From NCBI GenBank assembly GCA_944393685.1, contig CALYAW010000008.1, forward strand, positions 772-64,771: DNA of 64,000 nt, written 5' to 3'. Within the stretch, counting starts at the first letter, position 1. The number at the start of each line of letters is the position of its first letter. This document shows positions 51,439 to 61,428 of the stretch, one piece after another. Made by a program: the position numbers and the translations under genes. A model generated the notes under the pieces. The model was given only the letters and a program-made list of their open reading frames with translations, was not told the origin of the DNA and did not search any database. The DNA comes from an uncultured Alphaproteobacteria bacterium (GTDB lineage: Bacteria; Pseudomonadota; Alphaproteobacteria; RF32; CAG-239).

Positions 51439-51765
51439 CTAGTATTCATAAGCATACATCACGGTTAAAACACGGTTCGTCTGACTAGGGTCAGCTGCAT
51501 TCGGCGAAGCAAATTCAAAATTGCGGTCATAATAATCAATCTTCCAAAAAATCTTTTCACCCTTGAAACTAAACGCTCCGAAATCTTTTTCGCCGTAGGG
51601 ATTGTTTTCTTCACTGAAATCCTTAAAATGACGAACCTTGTTCAAAATGACTTCAATATCATCAAAACTATTGGCTCTAATTCCGGGCGTTAAAACAAAA
51701 GTTCCCAGAGATGGATTAGCTCTGAAATCATCATTAAGCTTGGCGATTGCGGCGATATTATTCAT
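51439..51765 (-). CDS. DUF3768 family protein
   Basis: IAKLNDDFR, NNPYGEKDFG, FWKIDYYD, RVLTVM. Confidence 0.85.
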   Translation of the reverse strand: MNNIAAIAKLNDDFRANPSLGTFVLTPGIRANSFDDIEVILNKVRHFKDFSEENNPYGEKDFGAFSFKGEKIFWKIDYYDRNFEFASPNAADPSQTNRVLTVMYAYEY

Positions 51766-52285
51766 GCTCGCTTTCCTCTAACAATCTGATACAAAGATAT
51801 TCGGTCATACCTTCTTGTTCGGCGGCATAATCCCAAACCGAAAGACCACGATTGTTCTTTATCTCAGCATTAGCTCCGTTATCAATCATAAAGTCCAAAA
51901 TCCGAATTCGCATTAAGGCTTGGGGATGACGAACCACATATATAAAAGAAGTATTGCCGAACTTATCGCGAGCGTTAATATCTGCTCCGGCTTCAAGCAA
52001 AACCGCCAGAGTTTGCGGCGAACTGCGTTTAACTGCGGCAATCATAAAAGGTGTTTCTCCGTTGCGATTGCGAGATTTAACATCCCCGCCGGCTTGAATA
52101 AATGCTTTTATCACATCTGGCTCATAAAATTCTTTACAAACCCACATAAAAGGTGTCCAACCGTGTTTGTTATAGGGCTCATTAACATCAAAACCTTGCT
52201 TTAAGATAGATTTGATACGTTCAAAATCCATATCATAAAGTGCTTTCATCAGTATATTTTCTTCATTAACCATCTGTTTTTCCAT
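51758..52285 (-). CDS. Ankyrin-repeat protein
   Basis: GWTPFM, GETPFMIAA, GADINARDKFGNT; start uncertain. Confidence 0.85.
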   Translation of the reverse strand: MEKQMVNEENILMKALYDMDFERIKSILKQGFDVNEPYNKHGWTPFMWVCKEFYEPDVIKAFIQAGGDVKSRNRNGETPFMIAAVKRSSPQTLAVLLEAGADINARDKFGNTSFIYVVRHPQALMRIRILDFMIDNGANAEIKNNRGLSVWDYAAEQEGMTEYLCIRLLEESEHE

Positions 52286-52456
52286 GAATTGTTTTAAAAA
52301 GATGGTCCCCGGGGTAGCATTCAAAAATGCTAAAGTCAAGCACTTTTTATAACATTTTTCGTGTTATGTTATTGATTCTGAATGATTTTATTTTAAATTC
52401 AAAGGGTTGCAGGGAAAATATTTTTTTGTTGTTGAAAGTGAATCTATGCCAAAGGT

Positions 52457-52939
52457 TTAGATTTGTTTTAATTCTTCAATCAGTTCAAAGATTGTCATAT
52501 CTGAGGCTTGAAGCTTGGGAACAGAAACCGGTGTCGGTTTATGTTCATCATAAATCGGACTACCAGTGCGGCGAACAAATATCGCCGAGCTGATTTGCTT
52601 TCCGAAAGTCGGCGTATATTTGTTAGCAAGGCCTTGTTCTTTGTTCCAATATCTTGATGTATTGCTGCCCGAAAGAGGACTTCCTGTTATACAATAAAAA
52701 TAGGTATCTTCTTGTTTCCATGGCGAGTGTTGCCACAAAAGCAACAATTCCCCCAAACATAAAGAGAAAGTAGGAATACATAAGGCAAAAACACCGCTGC
52801 CTTGAATATGAATGTTGTAATATTTGGGATTGGATAAGATTAAATCTTGATGTTGTTGCAATAAGTCTAAGTTATCAAACAATGCTTGCAACACTTCTTT
52901 ATCAGGCGTGGCCGCCTGAACATAAAATCTGGCTGTCAT
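52457..52939 (-). CDS. Hypothetical protein
   Basis: RBS AGGAG; GSPLSGSN motif; function unknown. Confidence 0.65.
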   Translation of the reverse strand: MTARFYVQAATPDKEVLQALFDNLDLLQQHQDLILSNPKYYNIHIQGSGVFALCIPTFSLCLGELLLLWQHSPWKQEDTYFYCITGSPLSGSNTSRYWNKEQGLANKYTPTFGKQISSAIFVRRTGSPIYDEHKPTPVSVPKLQASDMTIFELIEELKQI

Positions 52940-53041
52940 TATATTTCTCCTGTTTAGTCCGTTTGGTTAAAGTGGGACAAGTTGGCATAAATTCACTTTT
53001 AAGGGGATTATGTTAAATAATCCCCCGAATGTCAAGTCTTC

Positions 53042-53590
53042 TCAATTTTTGTAAAGCACCGCTCCGTTATCAAGCAATAGGTTAGCAATATCCAGTTCTA
53101 TTCGCTCCAAGGCCAAGGTTAAGGCTGTTTCACCTTGGATATTGAGCCAATTCACATCAACACCTTTGTTTATCAACATTTGGATAGTTTGTAATTTGAT
53201 ATCATCTTCCATATTTTCATTCAATATTACCGACATAATAGCGTTATATCCGAATATATCGGTTCTATTGACTTCGCTTCCCTCGGCAATAAGAAAATCA
53301 AGCGGCTCTTTTTCCATACAGAAATAACAAGCCACCAAAAATAAACTGGCTCTGCGGCGATTGATTGATGAATTTAAGTTAAAATTGTTGCTTCTAATCA
53401 ATTTTTTCAACTCGCTGACCGAATTGATATCAATATTACCTTCGCTCTCAAAATTATACGGCGGATTAACCGGCGTATTCTTTAATCTCTCTTCTATTTG
53501 CTTGATTTTTTCTTGGACTTCAGCCATTTCTTCGATGGTAATAAATTTGGAATAAGTTTTATCTTCGGGATTATACATTAACATTTTCAC
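53042..53590 (-). CDS. Ankyrin-repeat protein
   Basis: VNRTDIFGYNAIM, GVDVNWLNIQGETALTLA, LLLDNGA. Confidence 0.8.
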   Translation of the reverse strand: MKMLMYNPEDKTYSKFITIEEMAEVQEKIKQIEERLKNTPVNPPYNFESEGNIDINSVSELKKLIRSNNFNLNSSINRRRASLFLVACYFCMEKEPLDFLIAEGSEVNRTDIFGYNAIMSVILNENMEDDIKLQTIQMLINKGVDVNWLNIQGETALTLALERIELDIANLLLDNGAVLYKN

Positions 53591-53996
53591 TCCTTATCTG
53601 GTTTCTCATAAGGATATTTATCGGAAATAAAACCTATTTTGTGATTTGGCAAAAAACAAACTTTGGCTAGATAAATACCTGTGTAGCTGATGGCTATGTT
53701 TCGATTATAAACACGAATTGTCTGGGTTGAGGTGTGATGTGCGAGCATGACACCTCTTTTTGTTGGGCAGCACACGGCGGACGGCTTTCTGATTTCTTTT
53801 TAATTTCCGGATGATTAAATCACCCCCAGAGGTTTGTTTTGTTTATTTGAGAGCTATTTTAAGCTAAGAAAAAAGAAAGCTATTTTAATTCCGGTTCTAT
53901 TATAATAGTTCTTTTTTATATCTATTATAATACTATTATAGAGGGTAAATTTTGCTCTAAAATCCTTGTCTGATAAGGAATTGAGCAATTTAATGA

Positions 53997-54139
53997 GGAA
54001 ATATAGCTTTCCGATGGCGGAAATAACGGTTTCCGGAACTGGAAATATAGACTTCCCCAAGTGGAAATATAGATTTCCGTTTTTGAATTTCCGGAAATAA
54101 CCGTTTCCGCAAGCTTTATAAGTGGAAATAACGATTTCC
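53997..54139. repeat. Six 16-bp quasi-palindromic GGAAATA-N4-YTTCC sites (iteron/operator-like)
   Basis: Copies start at 53997, 54019, 54041, 54063, 54093 and 54124. Confidence 0.85.
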
Positions 54140-54219
54140 GCCTCTGATTTTGTTCAATTTAAAATCTCGCATTCTCCGCAAATAAATATTTTCAGGACAA
54201 AAGTTTATAAGGAGAAAAC

Positions 54220-54630
54220 ATGAGCAAAAGTAAAGCTACATTATCTATTACCGAACGTCTGTTATTGGACTTCGTCAAATACAAAACAAATAACAATCAT
54301 AAATTTTTTATGGGGAATGATAAAATCGCCATGGCTTTAGGATTAACGGTAAATTCCGCCAAAGTGATGATAAACGGACTTATCCGTGAAGGGTATCTTA
54401 TCAAATCAATGGATACCCACGGCCGCAGAATATTAGAATTATCCGACAAACCATACTTAACCATCGCTTGTGTTGATTTAAGCAACGTTGATAAACGCAT
54501 TATATTGCAAGAAGCCCTGAACTTTCAACGAGACGCCGAATACTACCAAAAACAATACGAATTTGAAAAAGCACGAGCCGACAGACTTCTGTCCGAACTC
54601 ACACAGTTGAAGCTAAGCAGAATAGGCTAA
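54220..54630 (+). CDS. Winged-HTH DNA-binding protein with C-terminal coiled coil
   Basis: FFMGNDKIAMALGLTVNSAKVMINGLIREGYL; RBS AAGGAG. Confidence 0.65.
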   Translation: MSKSKATLSITERLLLDFVKYKTNNNHKFFMGNDKIAMALGLTVNSAKVMINGLIREGYLIKSMDTHGRRILELSDKPYLTIACVDLSNVDKRIILQEALNFQRDAEYYQKQYEFEKARADRLLSELTQLKLSRIG

Positions 54631-57600
54631 ACTCTTTTAGCTTCTTTATTTGGATTTTGTTTCAAATCATTGTATAAAGCAGCAAACAAAGCTTTTTTCA
54701 TAAAATCCATCTTTTCACTATCTTGGAACAAATCCTTAAAGAACTGGTCATTTTGTTCGTATCTACTAACCATTGTTTCAGTAAAGTTTTCGTTATAAAG
54801 CCCCTTGAATAGAGTTTTATTTCTTTCTTTTCCAGCCTCAACCAAACGTTCATCCTGTTTTAAGTCTTCCATCACTTGGCTTAAAACTTTATCTTGTCCT
54901 GAAAAATTAGTTCCAAATCTTTCATTAAACTTTTCAATAATGGTTGAAAGAGGGGATTTCTCTTTTTTACTACTACCTGAACCACCCTTAGGGGCTGAAG
55001 TTGTTCCTACCTTATCTTCTAGAATAATTCTACCTTCAAAGGTCTTTTCGTTCTTATAATATTCAAGCAAAAGCTTATCATCAACGTTAATTGGAGAACC
55101 TTTTTCTCTCCTAATACATTTGATTAAAAATTTAGCAAAAACATAAAACTTTTCTAATTCAGCATCAAACATTCTAATAACTTGAGTTACAAAAGAATAC
55201 ATTTTCAAATAATTGTTTAAAGATGTTCTAAATTGCTCTTGTTCTACTTCTTTCATAACCTTAAAACGGTCTATTGCTGGTTGTAAAATGCTTGATAATT
55301 TTCCTAAATCATCCATATTGGCGGCAGAAGCATAATAAATATCCGCAAATCTTTCTACTTCTTGATTTTGATAAATTTGCATATCATCTAAAATTGATTT
55401 AAGTTTATATAACTCATTGGGGTCAATTTCTTTATCTAAAATTGTAGCTTGGTAATATTGCTGAAAAGATTGTTTAATATCTTCTGCTTCATTAACAAAG
55501 TCCAAAACAAAGGTATCTGTTTTTCCTTGTGTTGTTCTGTTGAGGCGAGAAAGGGTTTGAACAGCTTTCACATCATTGAGCTTTTTATCAACAAACATTG
55601 TATGCAATAAAGGTTCATCAAATCCTGTCTGATATTTTTCTGCCACAATCAGAATATTAAAATCATTGTGAAAATATTCTGGTAACTGTGTCTCTTTTAT
55701 ATGCTCTCCATCGGCTGTAACATTTAATTTTGTTTCAGAATAAGTAATACCATTATCTGTTAAGTCTCCAGAAAAGGCAACTAAGACATTTATATCTTTA
55801 TAATCATGGTCTGCAATATATTTTCTAAATTCTTGTAAATAGCGAACAGCATGTAATCTAGACGGAGTTACCACCATTGCTTTAGCTTTTCCGCCAATTT
55901 TATTTTTGGTAATTTCGTTAAAATGCTCAACCATAATGGCTGTCTTTTGGGCAATATTATGAGGATGCAATGTTTCAAAGCGAGAAATTGCTTTTGCTCC
56001 TTTAGATGTTTCCAGTTCAGGATCATCAGCTACTTTTTTGATTAGTTTGTAATAAGTCTTATATGTCGTATAATTTTGTAAGACATCTAAAATAAATCCC
56101 TCTTCAATAGCCTGTTGCATTGAATAGATATGAAAAGGTTTAAATGTTCCGTCTGGTTGTCTTTCTCCAAATCTATTCAAAGTTTTTGCTTTAGGAGTTG
56201 CCGTAAAAGCAAAAAAGGATAAATTTTTATGATTTCCTTGTGCAGCCAATGTTTTAATCAGTAAATCTTCACTATCTTCTTTAGAAAGCTCTTTTTTACC
56301 TTCAATATCGGCATATTCTTTTAAAGTTTCTTCTAAATTTGCTAAGCCTTTAATTACTGTTCCGGCATCTTTGCCTGATTGTGAAGAATGGGCTTCATCA
56401 ACAATAATGGCAAAGTTTTTATTATCTGAAGTAATATCTTTGTATATCAACGGAAACTTTTGCAATGTAGAAATAATGATTTTTGTATCACTATTGATAG
56501 CTTCCAAGAGCTCTTTTGAACCATTTTTCACTTTTTTAACCACACCTGCTACATGGTCAAATTGATAGATTGTATCTTGTAACTGAGCATCTAAAACTCT
56601 TCTGTCGGTTAAAACAATAATAGAATTAAAGATATTTTCATCATGGTTGTCGTGAAGTCCGGCCAATTGATGAGCTAGCCAAGCAATAGAGTTAGATTTT
56701 CCTGAACCAGCCGAGTGTTGAATTAAATAATTTTTTCCTACTCCGTTTGTCTTTACATCAGCTAATAGTTTGGTAACAACATCTAATTGATGATATCTTG
56801 GAAAAATCATAATTTCTTTGGTTTTGACACCTTTTTTATCTTTTATAATTTGCAAATGCAGATATTTTTGCACAATTTCCATAAAACTATCTTTAGCAAG
56901 AACTTTCTCCCAAAGGTAAGATGTTGCAAAACCATTCGGATTAACAGGATTTCCTTTACCTCCAACATTTCCGGCTCCATTTGAACCTTGGTTAAAAGGT
57001 AGAAAATAAGTGCTGTCTCCTTGTAATTTGGTTGTCATATAAACATTATACAAATCCACGGCAAAATGAACCAATACTCTATTCTTAAATTCAAAAATGG
57101 CATCTTTTCCGGCTCTGTCAAATTTATATTGAGAAATTGCATTGCTATAATCTTGTCCGGTAAATTGATTTTTTAATTCCATAGAAACTAACGGAATACC
57201 ATTTAAAAACAAAACAATATCTATACTATTTTCATTAGATAACGAATAGTGCAATTGGCGAGTGCAGTGTAGAATATTTTGATTATATAAATCAACGGCC
57301 TCTTGGTTGATATGGCTTTCTGGCTTAAAATAACATAGATAAAACTTTACACCGCGGTCTTGGAAAGGTTTTCTCAAACATTTGAGCAAACCGTTATCCT
57401 TTATTGCCTTGCATAAGTTAGAAATAAAACATTCTTCCGGATTAACAGGATAATGAGTTTGATAACGTTTCCAAGCCTTAGGCTGAGTTGTTTTAATAAA
57501 ATTAAGCAAAGTTTCAGTATCAAGAGCCAATTTTCGGTCAAAATTGGCTGGATTACCTTTTTGGTATCCTCCTTGGGTAATAAGAGAATGCTCAATTGCT

Positions 57601-57638
57601 TCTTCTAAATTTATTTCTTTTAAGTTATCTTCAGCCAT
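54627..57638 (-). CDS. hsdR: Type I restriction enzyme R subunit
   Basis: DIVLFLNGIPLVSMELKN, QHSAGSGKS, IVDEAHSSQ, FTATPK, QTGFDEP, VQTLSRLNR. Confidence 0.95.
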   Translation of the reverse strand: MAEDNLKEINLEEAIEHSLITQGGYQKGNPANFDRKLALDTETLLNFIKTTQPKAWKRYQTHYPVNPEECFISNLCKAIKDNGLLKCLRKPFQDRGVKFYLCYFKPESHINQEAVDLYNQNILHCTRQLHYSLSNENSIDIVLFLNGIPLVSMELKNQFTGQDYSNAISQYKFDRAGKDAIFEFKNRVLVHFAVDLYNVYMTTKLQGDSTYFLPFNQGSNGAGNVGGKGNPVNPNGFATSYLWEKVLAKDSFMEIVQKYLHLQIIKDKKGVKTKEIMIFPRYHQLDVVTKLLADVKTNGVGKNYLIQHSAGSGKSNSIAWLAHQLAGLHDNHDENIFNSIIVLTDRRVLDAQLQDTIYQFDHVAGVVKKVKNGSKELLEAINSDTKIIISTLQKFPLIYKDITSDNKNFAIIVDEAHSSQSGKDAGTVIKGLANLEETLKEYADIEGKKELSKEDSEDLLIKTLAAQGNHKNLSFFAFTATPKAKTLNRFGERQPDGTFKPFHIYSMQQAIEEGFILDVLQNYTTYKTYYKLIKKVADDPELETSKGAKAISRFETLHPHNIAQKTAIMVEHFNEITKNKIGGKAKAMVVTPSRLHAVRYLQEFRKYIADHDYKDINVLVAFSGDLTDNGITYSETKLNVTADGEHIKETQLPEYFHNDFNILIVAEKYQTGFDEPLLHTMFVDKKLNDVKAVQTLSRLNRTTQGKTDTFVLDFVNEAEDIKQSFQQYYQATILDKEIDPNELYKLKSILDDMQIYQNQEVERFADIYYASAANMDDLGKLSSILQPAIDRFKVMKEVEQEQFRTSLNNYLKMYSFVTQVIRMFDAELEKFYVFAKFLIKCIRREKGSPINVDDKLLLEYYKNEKTFEGRIILEDKVGTTSAPKGGSGSSKKEKSPLSTIIEKFNERFGTNFSGQDKVLSQVMEDLKQDERLVEAGKERNKTLFKGLYNENFTETMVSRYEQNDQFFKDLFQDSEKMDFMKKALFAALYNDLKQNPNKEAKRV

Positions 57639-57648
57639 TGGCGTTCTC

Positions 57649-58068
57649 CTAATCTTTTATGCTCAACTCTTTACGAATATAATCCTTAAATATCTCTAGT
57701 CTTGCCTGTGCTTTATCTGGCTCATCAAGCAGAGATTGTTGAATTTCATAAAATTTATTACAAATATTTTTTGAACCATAAATTTGCAAACTCATATTCA
57801 GATTATTTAGATTATCTAGCTCTTCTGGGCTGCAAATATTATCACATTTGACCCTTATTACTATATTTGCACATATTTGTAAAATTTTCGTATAAGTTTC
57901 TTCTCTCTTCCTTTTTAAGTGTAGCTTTTCTTCTCTTTTAGCTCTTAAATATTCTATAAAGAACGTAAAACCCGATGTTAAAATAGCTCCGACAATAACA
58001 CCTACCAGAGAGAAAAATCCTCCCAAAAAAATATCCAAGTTTTCTTTTATAAACACACTCCAATCCAT
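57649..58068 (-). CDS. Small N-terminal-TM protein (paralog A)
   Basis: GVIVGAILTSGFTFFIEYLRAKREEKL…KRKREE. Confidence 0.65.
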   Translation of the reverse strand: MDWSVFIKENLDIFLGGFFSLVGVIVGAILTSGFTFFIEYLRAKREEKLHLKRKREETYTKILQICANIVIRVKCDNICSPEELDNLNNLNMSLQIYGSKNICNKFYEIQQSLLDEPDKAQARLEIFKDYIRKELSIKD

Positions 58069-58071
58069 AAC

Positions 58072-58467
58072 TTAATCCTTTATACCGAGTTCTTTACGAA
58101 TTTCTTTTGCTAAGCTATTAACTTGACCTTCTGTAATTCCGTAAAATGCCTCTTTTAGAGATTCTGAAAACCATTCTTCTATATGTTGAGATGCATATAC
58201 TTTTACTTCTGGGCGTAATTTTTTATGTTTTTCCCAAAAGTCCTTTATTTCAATATCACTAGGAGTCTTGTTGTCTCTATGGAGTTCCGTATATTCACTT
58301 AATAAATCTAATAATTTAAGATATACTTCTTCTCTTTTTCTTTTTAGATATAATTTTTCTTCTCTTTTAGCTCTTAAATATTCTATAAACCAAGTAAATC
58401 CTGCTGTTAAAACAGCTCCGATAATAACACCAAAGGTTTGAGATGAAAAGAAATCAGACCATGTCAT
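58072..58467 (-). CDS. Small N-terminal-TM protein (paralog B)
   Basis: GVIIGAVLTAGFTWFIEYLRAKREEKL…KRKREE. Confidence 0.65.
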   Translation of the reverse strand: MTWSDFFSSQTFGVIIGAVLTAGFTWFIEYLRAKREEKLYLKRKREEVYLKLLDLLSEYTELHRDNKTPSDIEIKDFWEKHKKLRPEVKVYASQHIEEWFSESLKEAFYGITEGQVNSLAKEIRKELGIKD

Positions 58468-58468
58468 A

Positions 58469-59752
58469 CTAAGCCACCTCTTTTTTGCCGGTTACACATT
58501 CAAAGATTAAGGATTTTTTATATTCTTCCAATTTGCTAATAGTTTCTTCTTTTTGTTTAATTGCTTCATCTATTTGGTTGCATTTTTTATCTAAATACTC
58601 AGCAATTTCTTTCTGCTCAGAAAGAGGAGGAAAAGTATAAGGGATATTTTTAAAGTCATCGTATCCTAAATCCCATTGTCCTATCCGAATTCCTTCCGAC
58701 AATCTACGATATTCCGGTATATAGGCTTTATTTCTAAGTAAATAATGTATATAACGAGAAAAAACTTTTATTGTAAATTCACATACATAATAAGCTGGAC
58801 TAACGATACCTTGATAATTTGATACAGCTATTGAGCCTTGCCATGTTTTCATTTTATTGATAACGACGTCATTTTCTTCAACAAATTTATAATTTTCGGT
58901 ATTCTCTGATGTTACGTTGAAATTATCTTCACGAGATGATTTGATGACCACCCCTAAATCTCTGTATAATGAAAGAACCTCTTCGTTTGGCTTGTTTTTA
59001 ATGCCTTTTTGACGCAGAAAATGTTTTGCTTTTCTGATGTTCCAATGTTCGGGGATTGAGCCAATCCATTCAATTCCACTATCTTTCAATTTTACATTTG
59101 GGTTCAGACCTTTGGTTACGGTTTCTGTAATCAAAGATTGTTTATATTCTTTGAGCTTTTCTATGATTTGCTTCTGATTATCTATAGCAGTATCAATCTT
59201 CTCACATCTTTTATCCAAATAATCCGCTATTTTTTTCTGCTCAGAAAGAGGAGGTATGGGAATAAATATATTCTTGATTTGTTTTGTTGAAACTCCTCCT
59301 ATTAAGCCACTCATACTCAAAAAGAAATCAGTCAAAAACGAACTACTTTGCAAAGAATAATACATATATTTAGATAAACACTTTCTTAATGACTTGAAAC
59401 AACATAATTTATTAACAAAACAAACATCTCTCTCAGTAAAACCAATTTTTTTTCCAGCACTTCCACCTTCTATACATAACAAAGATGAATTTTTAGGAGC
59501 TATTTTAAAATTTTTATCCATACAAGAAATAAACATTCCTGTATCATATGTAATGCTATTTGTACTTACATCAATGTCTTTTGTAGAAATATAAGGAACA
59601 GAATTATCTTGATATTGATAATTATCTTTTTCATTATCACTAATGCTATTCCCTGTGTATATTAGGCTATTATATTTTATTTTTGTTAATATCCAATTTT
59701 CAGGAATTTGACCAATCCATTCAATCCCGCTATCTTTCATCGCCCTAGTCAT
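58469..59752 (-). CDS. hsdS: Type I RM specificity subunit
   Basis: Two repeats of KDSGIEWIG.IP and PPLSEQK.IA.YLD flanking two TRDs. Confidence 0.93.
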   Translation of the reverse strand: MTRAMKDSGIEWIGQIPENWILTKIKYNSLIYTGNSISDNEKDNYQYQDNSVPYISTKDIDVSTNSITYDTGMFISCMDKNFKIAPKNSSLLCIEGGSAGKKIGFTERDVCFVNKLCCFKSLRKCLSKYMYYSLQSSSFLTDFFLSMSGLIGGVSTKQIKNIFIPIPPLSEQKKIADYLDKRCEKIDTAIDNQKQIIEKLKEYKQSLITETVTKGLNPNVKLKDSGIEWIGSIPEHWNIRKAKHFLRQKGIKNKPNEEVLSLYRDLGVVIKSSREDNFNVTSENTENYKFVEENDVVINKMKTWQGSIAVSNYQGIVSPAYYVCEFTIKVFSRYIHYLLRNKAYIPEYRRLSEGIRIGQWDLGYDDFKNIPYTFPPLSEQKEIAEYLDKKCNQIDEAIKQKEETISKLEEYKKSLIFECVTGKKEVA

Positions 59753-60748
59753 TTATAATTCTCCAATTTTTGAAGAAAGAACTTTTTCCATAATAAATCG
59801 CTCTGTAACCTTATAATCTTTTTTATCCTTTCCTGTGTATTCATAACTTACATTATCATTATCTTCTCCAAAAACTTTATCATAATTTTTACGAAGTTCC
59901 ATCTCTGTACCAGGATTTACAATAAAGATTTTGGCATTACTTTCACGAAGTGCTGACTGAAACAAGAACCTTACCGATGTATCTGTTACAGGAAAAGAAA
60001 AACCTATTATATAAATTTCTTCAGCATTTTTTAACAGCTGTTCAGCTTCTTGCCATAGAAACCTTATGGCAACATGGTTATAAAAAGCATTTTTATCCAT
60101 TACCGGTGGAATAATATATGGCTTCAATCCTGCTTTTGAAACCTCGTTTTCGTTCCCCGTTGAATAGTATATAGTATCACCGGCTGATATTCCTGCCCAA
60201 AACCAATTTGCTGATCCATGCAATTTCAATATTGCAGGTGCATCTTCTATTTTATTTCTTCCCCACAGAGGCCCTTCTCTACTAGCAACAGAAAGCATCG
60301 GATATTTATAGAAATCCTCATATTTTGAGCCTTCAATTTTATCTTTTAGCAAATTCTCCAACAAAAGATCATAATTTAGAGTAATAAAATCATATTCTGT
60401 TCTATGCTCTGCTATATGCTTAGAAAAACATTCAAATTCTTCTGATATTGCCACAGTCTGTGAGCTTAGCTTTATAAACTTGTCTGATATAATTTTGCTT
60501 ATTGCTGCATATAATGCTTGATTTGCATATTTAGTTGTATCTGACTTCCATGGAAAATCGGTGGAAAGATATGTTAATAAAGCTTCAACATCCTTTTTAA
60601 TTTCTGGTGCTATTTCTTCATAGTGCTTTGCTACAGACCCTTTTTCTAATTGCAAATTAACATTTTCTGTTAAATCTTTTAGCAATGGATAATTTGGATT
60701 GATAGCCTTTGAGAAACCGGCACCTAAAAAAAACACTTTCTTACCCAT
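59753..60748 (-). CDS. SIR2-like (SIR2_2) domain protein
   Basis: FFLGAGFS, ITLNYDLLLE, LKLHGSANW, IIGFSF; ATG 60748 after AGGAG. Confidence 0.85.
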   Translation of the reverse strand: MGKKVFFLGAGFSKAINPNYPLLKDLTENVNLQLEKGSVAKHYEEIAPEIKKDVEALLTYLSTDFPWKSDTTKYANQALYAAISKIISDKFIKLSSQTVAISEEFECFSKHIAEHRTEYDFITLNYDLLLENLLKDKIEGSKYEDFYKYPMLSVASREGPLWGRNKIEDAPAILKLHGSANWFWAGISAGDTIYYSTGNENEVSKAGLKPYIIPPVMDKNAFYNHVAIRFLWQEAEQLLKNAEEIYIIGFSFPVTDTSVRFLFQSALRESNAKIFIVNPGTEMELRKNYDKVFGEDNDNVSYEYTGKDKKDYKVTERFIMEKVLSSKIGEL

Positions 60749-61427
60749 TGTTTTTCTCCTGTTCTGCAATGAATTGAAGAAATTCTTGTCCTAATTGCGT
60801 GGTTATAGGAGCAGATAATCGTCCCCAGTTTAAAATAACTTTATCAATATGGTTGGTTGGATATATCAGTAATTCTTCTGTTAATTCTTTAATAATTATA
60901 TGCTCAATTTCTCTCTGTTCATACGTGACATTTTTTGCTTCTTGGGAAAATCTTTCCCCTGATATGTGATATAGTATTGCTCCATGAATATTATGTTTTT
61001 TTATAAACGAAAAATACTTTGCAGGATTATTAAAATACATTAGTGTTTCAATATGTGCCAATGTATATCTTCTCAGCATATTCAAAAATATATGGGTTTT
61101 CATATTATCAATATTTTCATTTTTGATAGCATTGATGACAGCATTAATGTACAAACCCACTTTATCTTCTTCTATATCTTCCAATGCACCCCTTTGTGCC
61201 GTTGCTAATATATTGGCAAAATTAGACATATCCCTTATTTTTTGTTCCATATCTTGGTCTAATTTAGATAATCTTTTTATCGTTTCCTCTTTCCACAGCT
61301 CTATACGTTTTTGCCAATTGGAATTTACATAATCTTCAAAAAATTTTGAAAATGCAGAAACGACTGGCATCTGGCTTAACAGAGCCAAAGCTCCCATTTT
61401 ACCAATTTCTTTTACTTCCTTACTCAT
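60741..61427 (-). CDS. Hypothetical protein inside the RM operon
   Basis: Translationally coupled ORF ending in a wHTH-like TTQLGQEFLQFI. Confidence 0.6.
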   Translation of the reverse strand: MSKEVKEIGKMGALALLSQMPVVSAFSKFFEDYVNSNWQKRIELWKEETIKRLSKLDQDMEQKIRDMSNFANILATAQRGALEDIEEDKVGLYINAVINAIKNENIDNMKTHIFLNMLRRYTLAHIETLMYFNNPAKYFSFIKKHNIHGAILYHISGERFSQEAKNVTYEQREIEHIIIKELTEELLIYPTNHIDKVILNWGRLSAPITTQLGQEFLQFIAEQEKNNG

Positions 61428-61428
61428 C

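Noticed and set aside
53997-54139. CRISPR array
   Set aside because: Repeats are 16 bp and degenerate with 6-15 bp gaps; no cas genes in the window
58469-59752. Direct repeats in hsdS as a shufflon
   Set aside because: These are the normal duplicated conserved regions of HsdS; no extra TRD cassettes or inverted sites were seen
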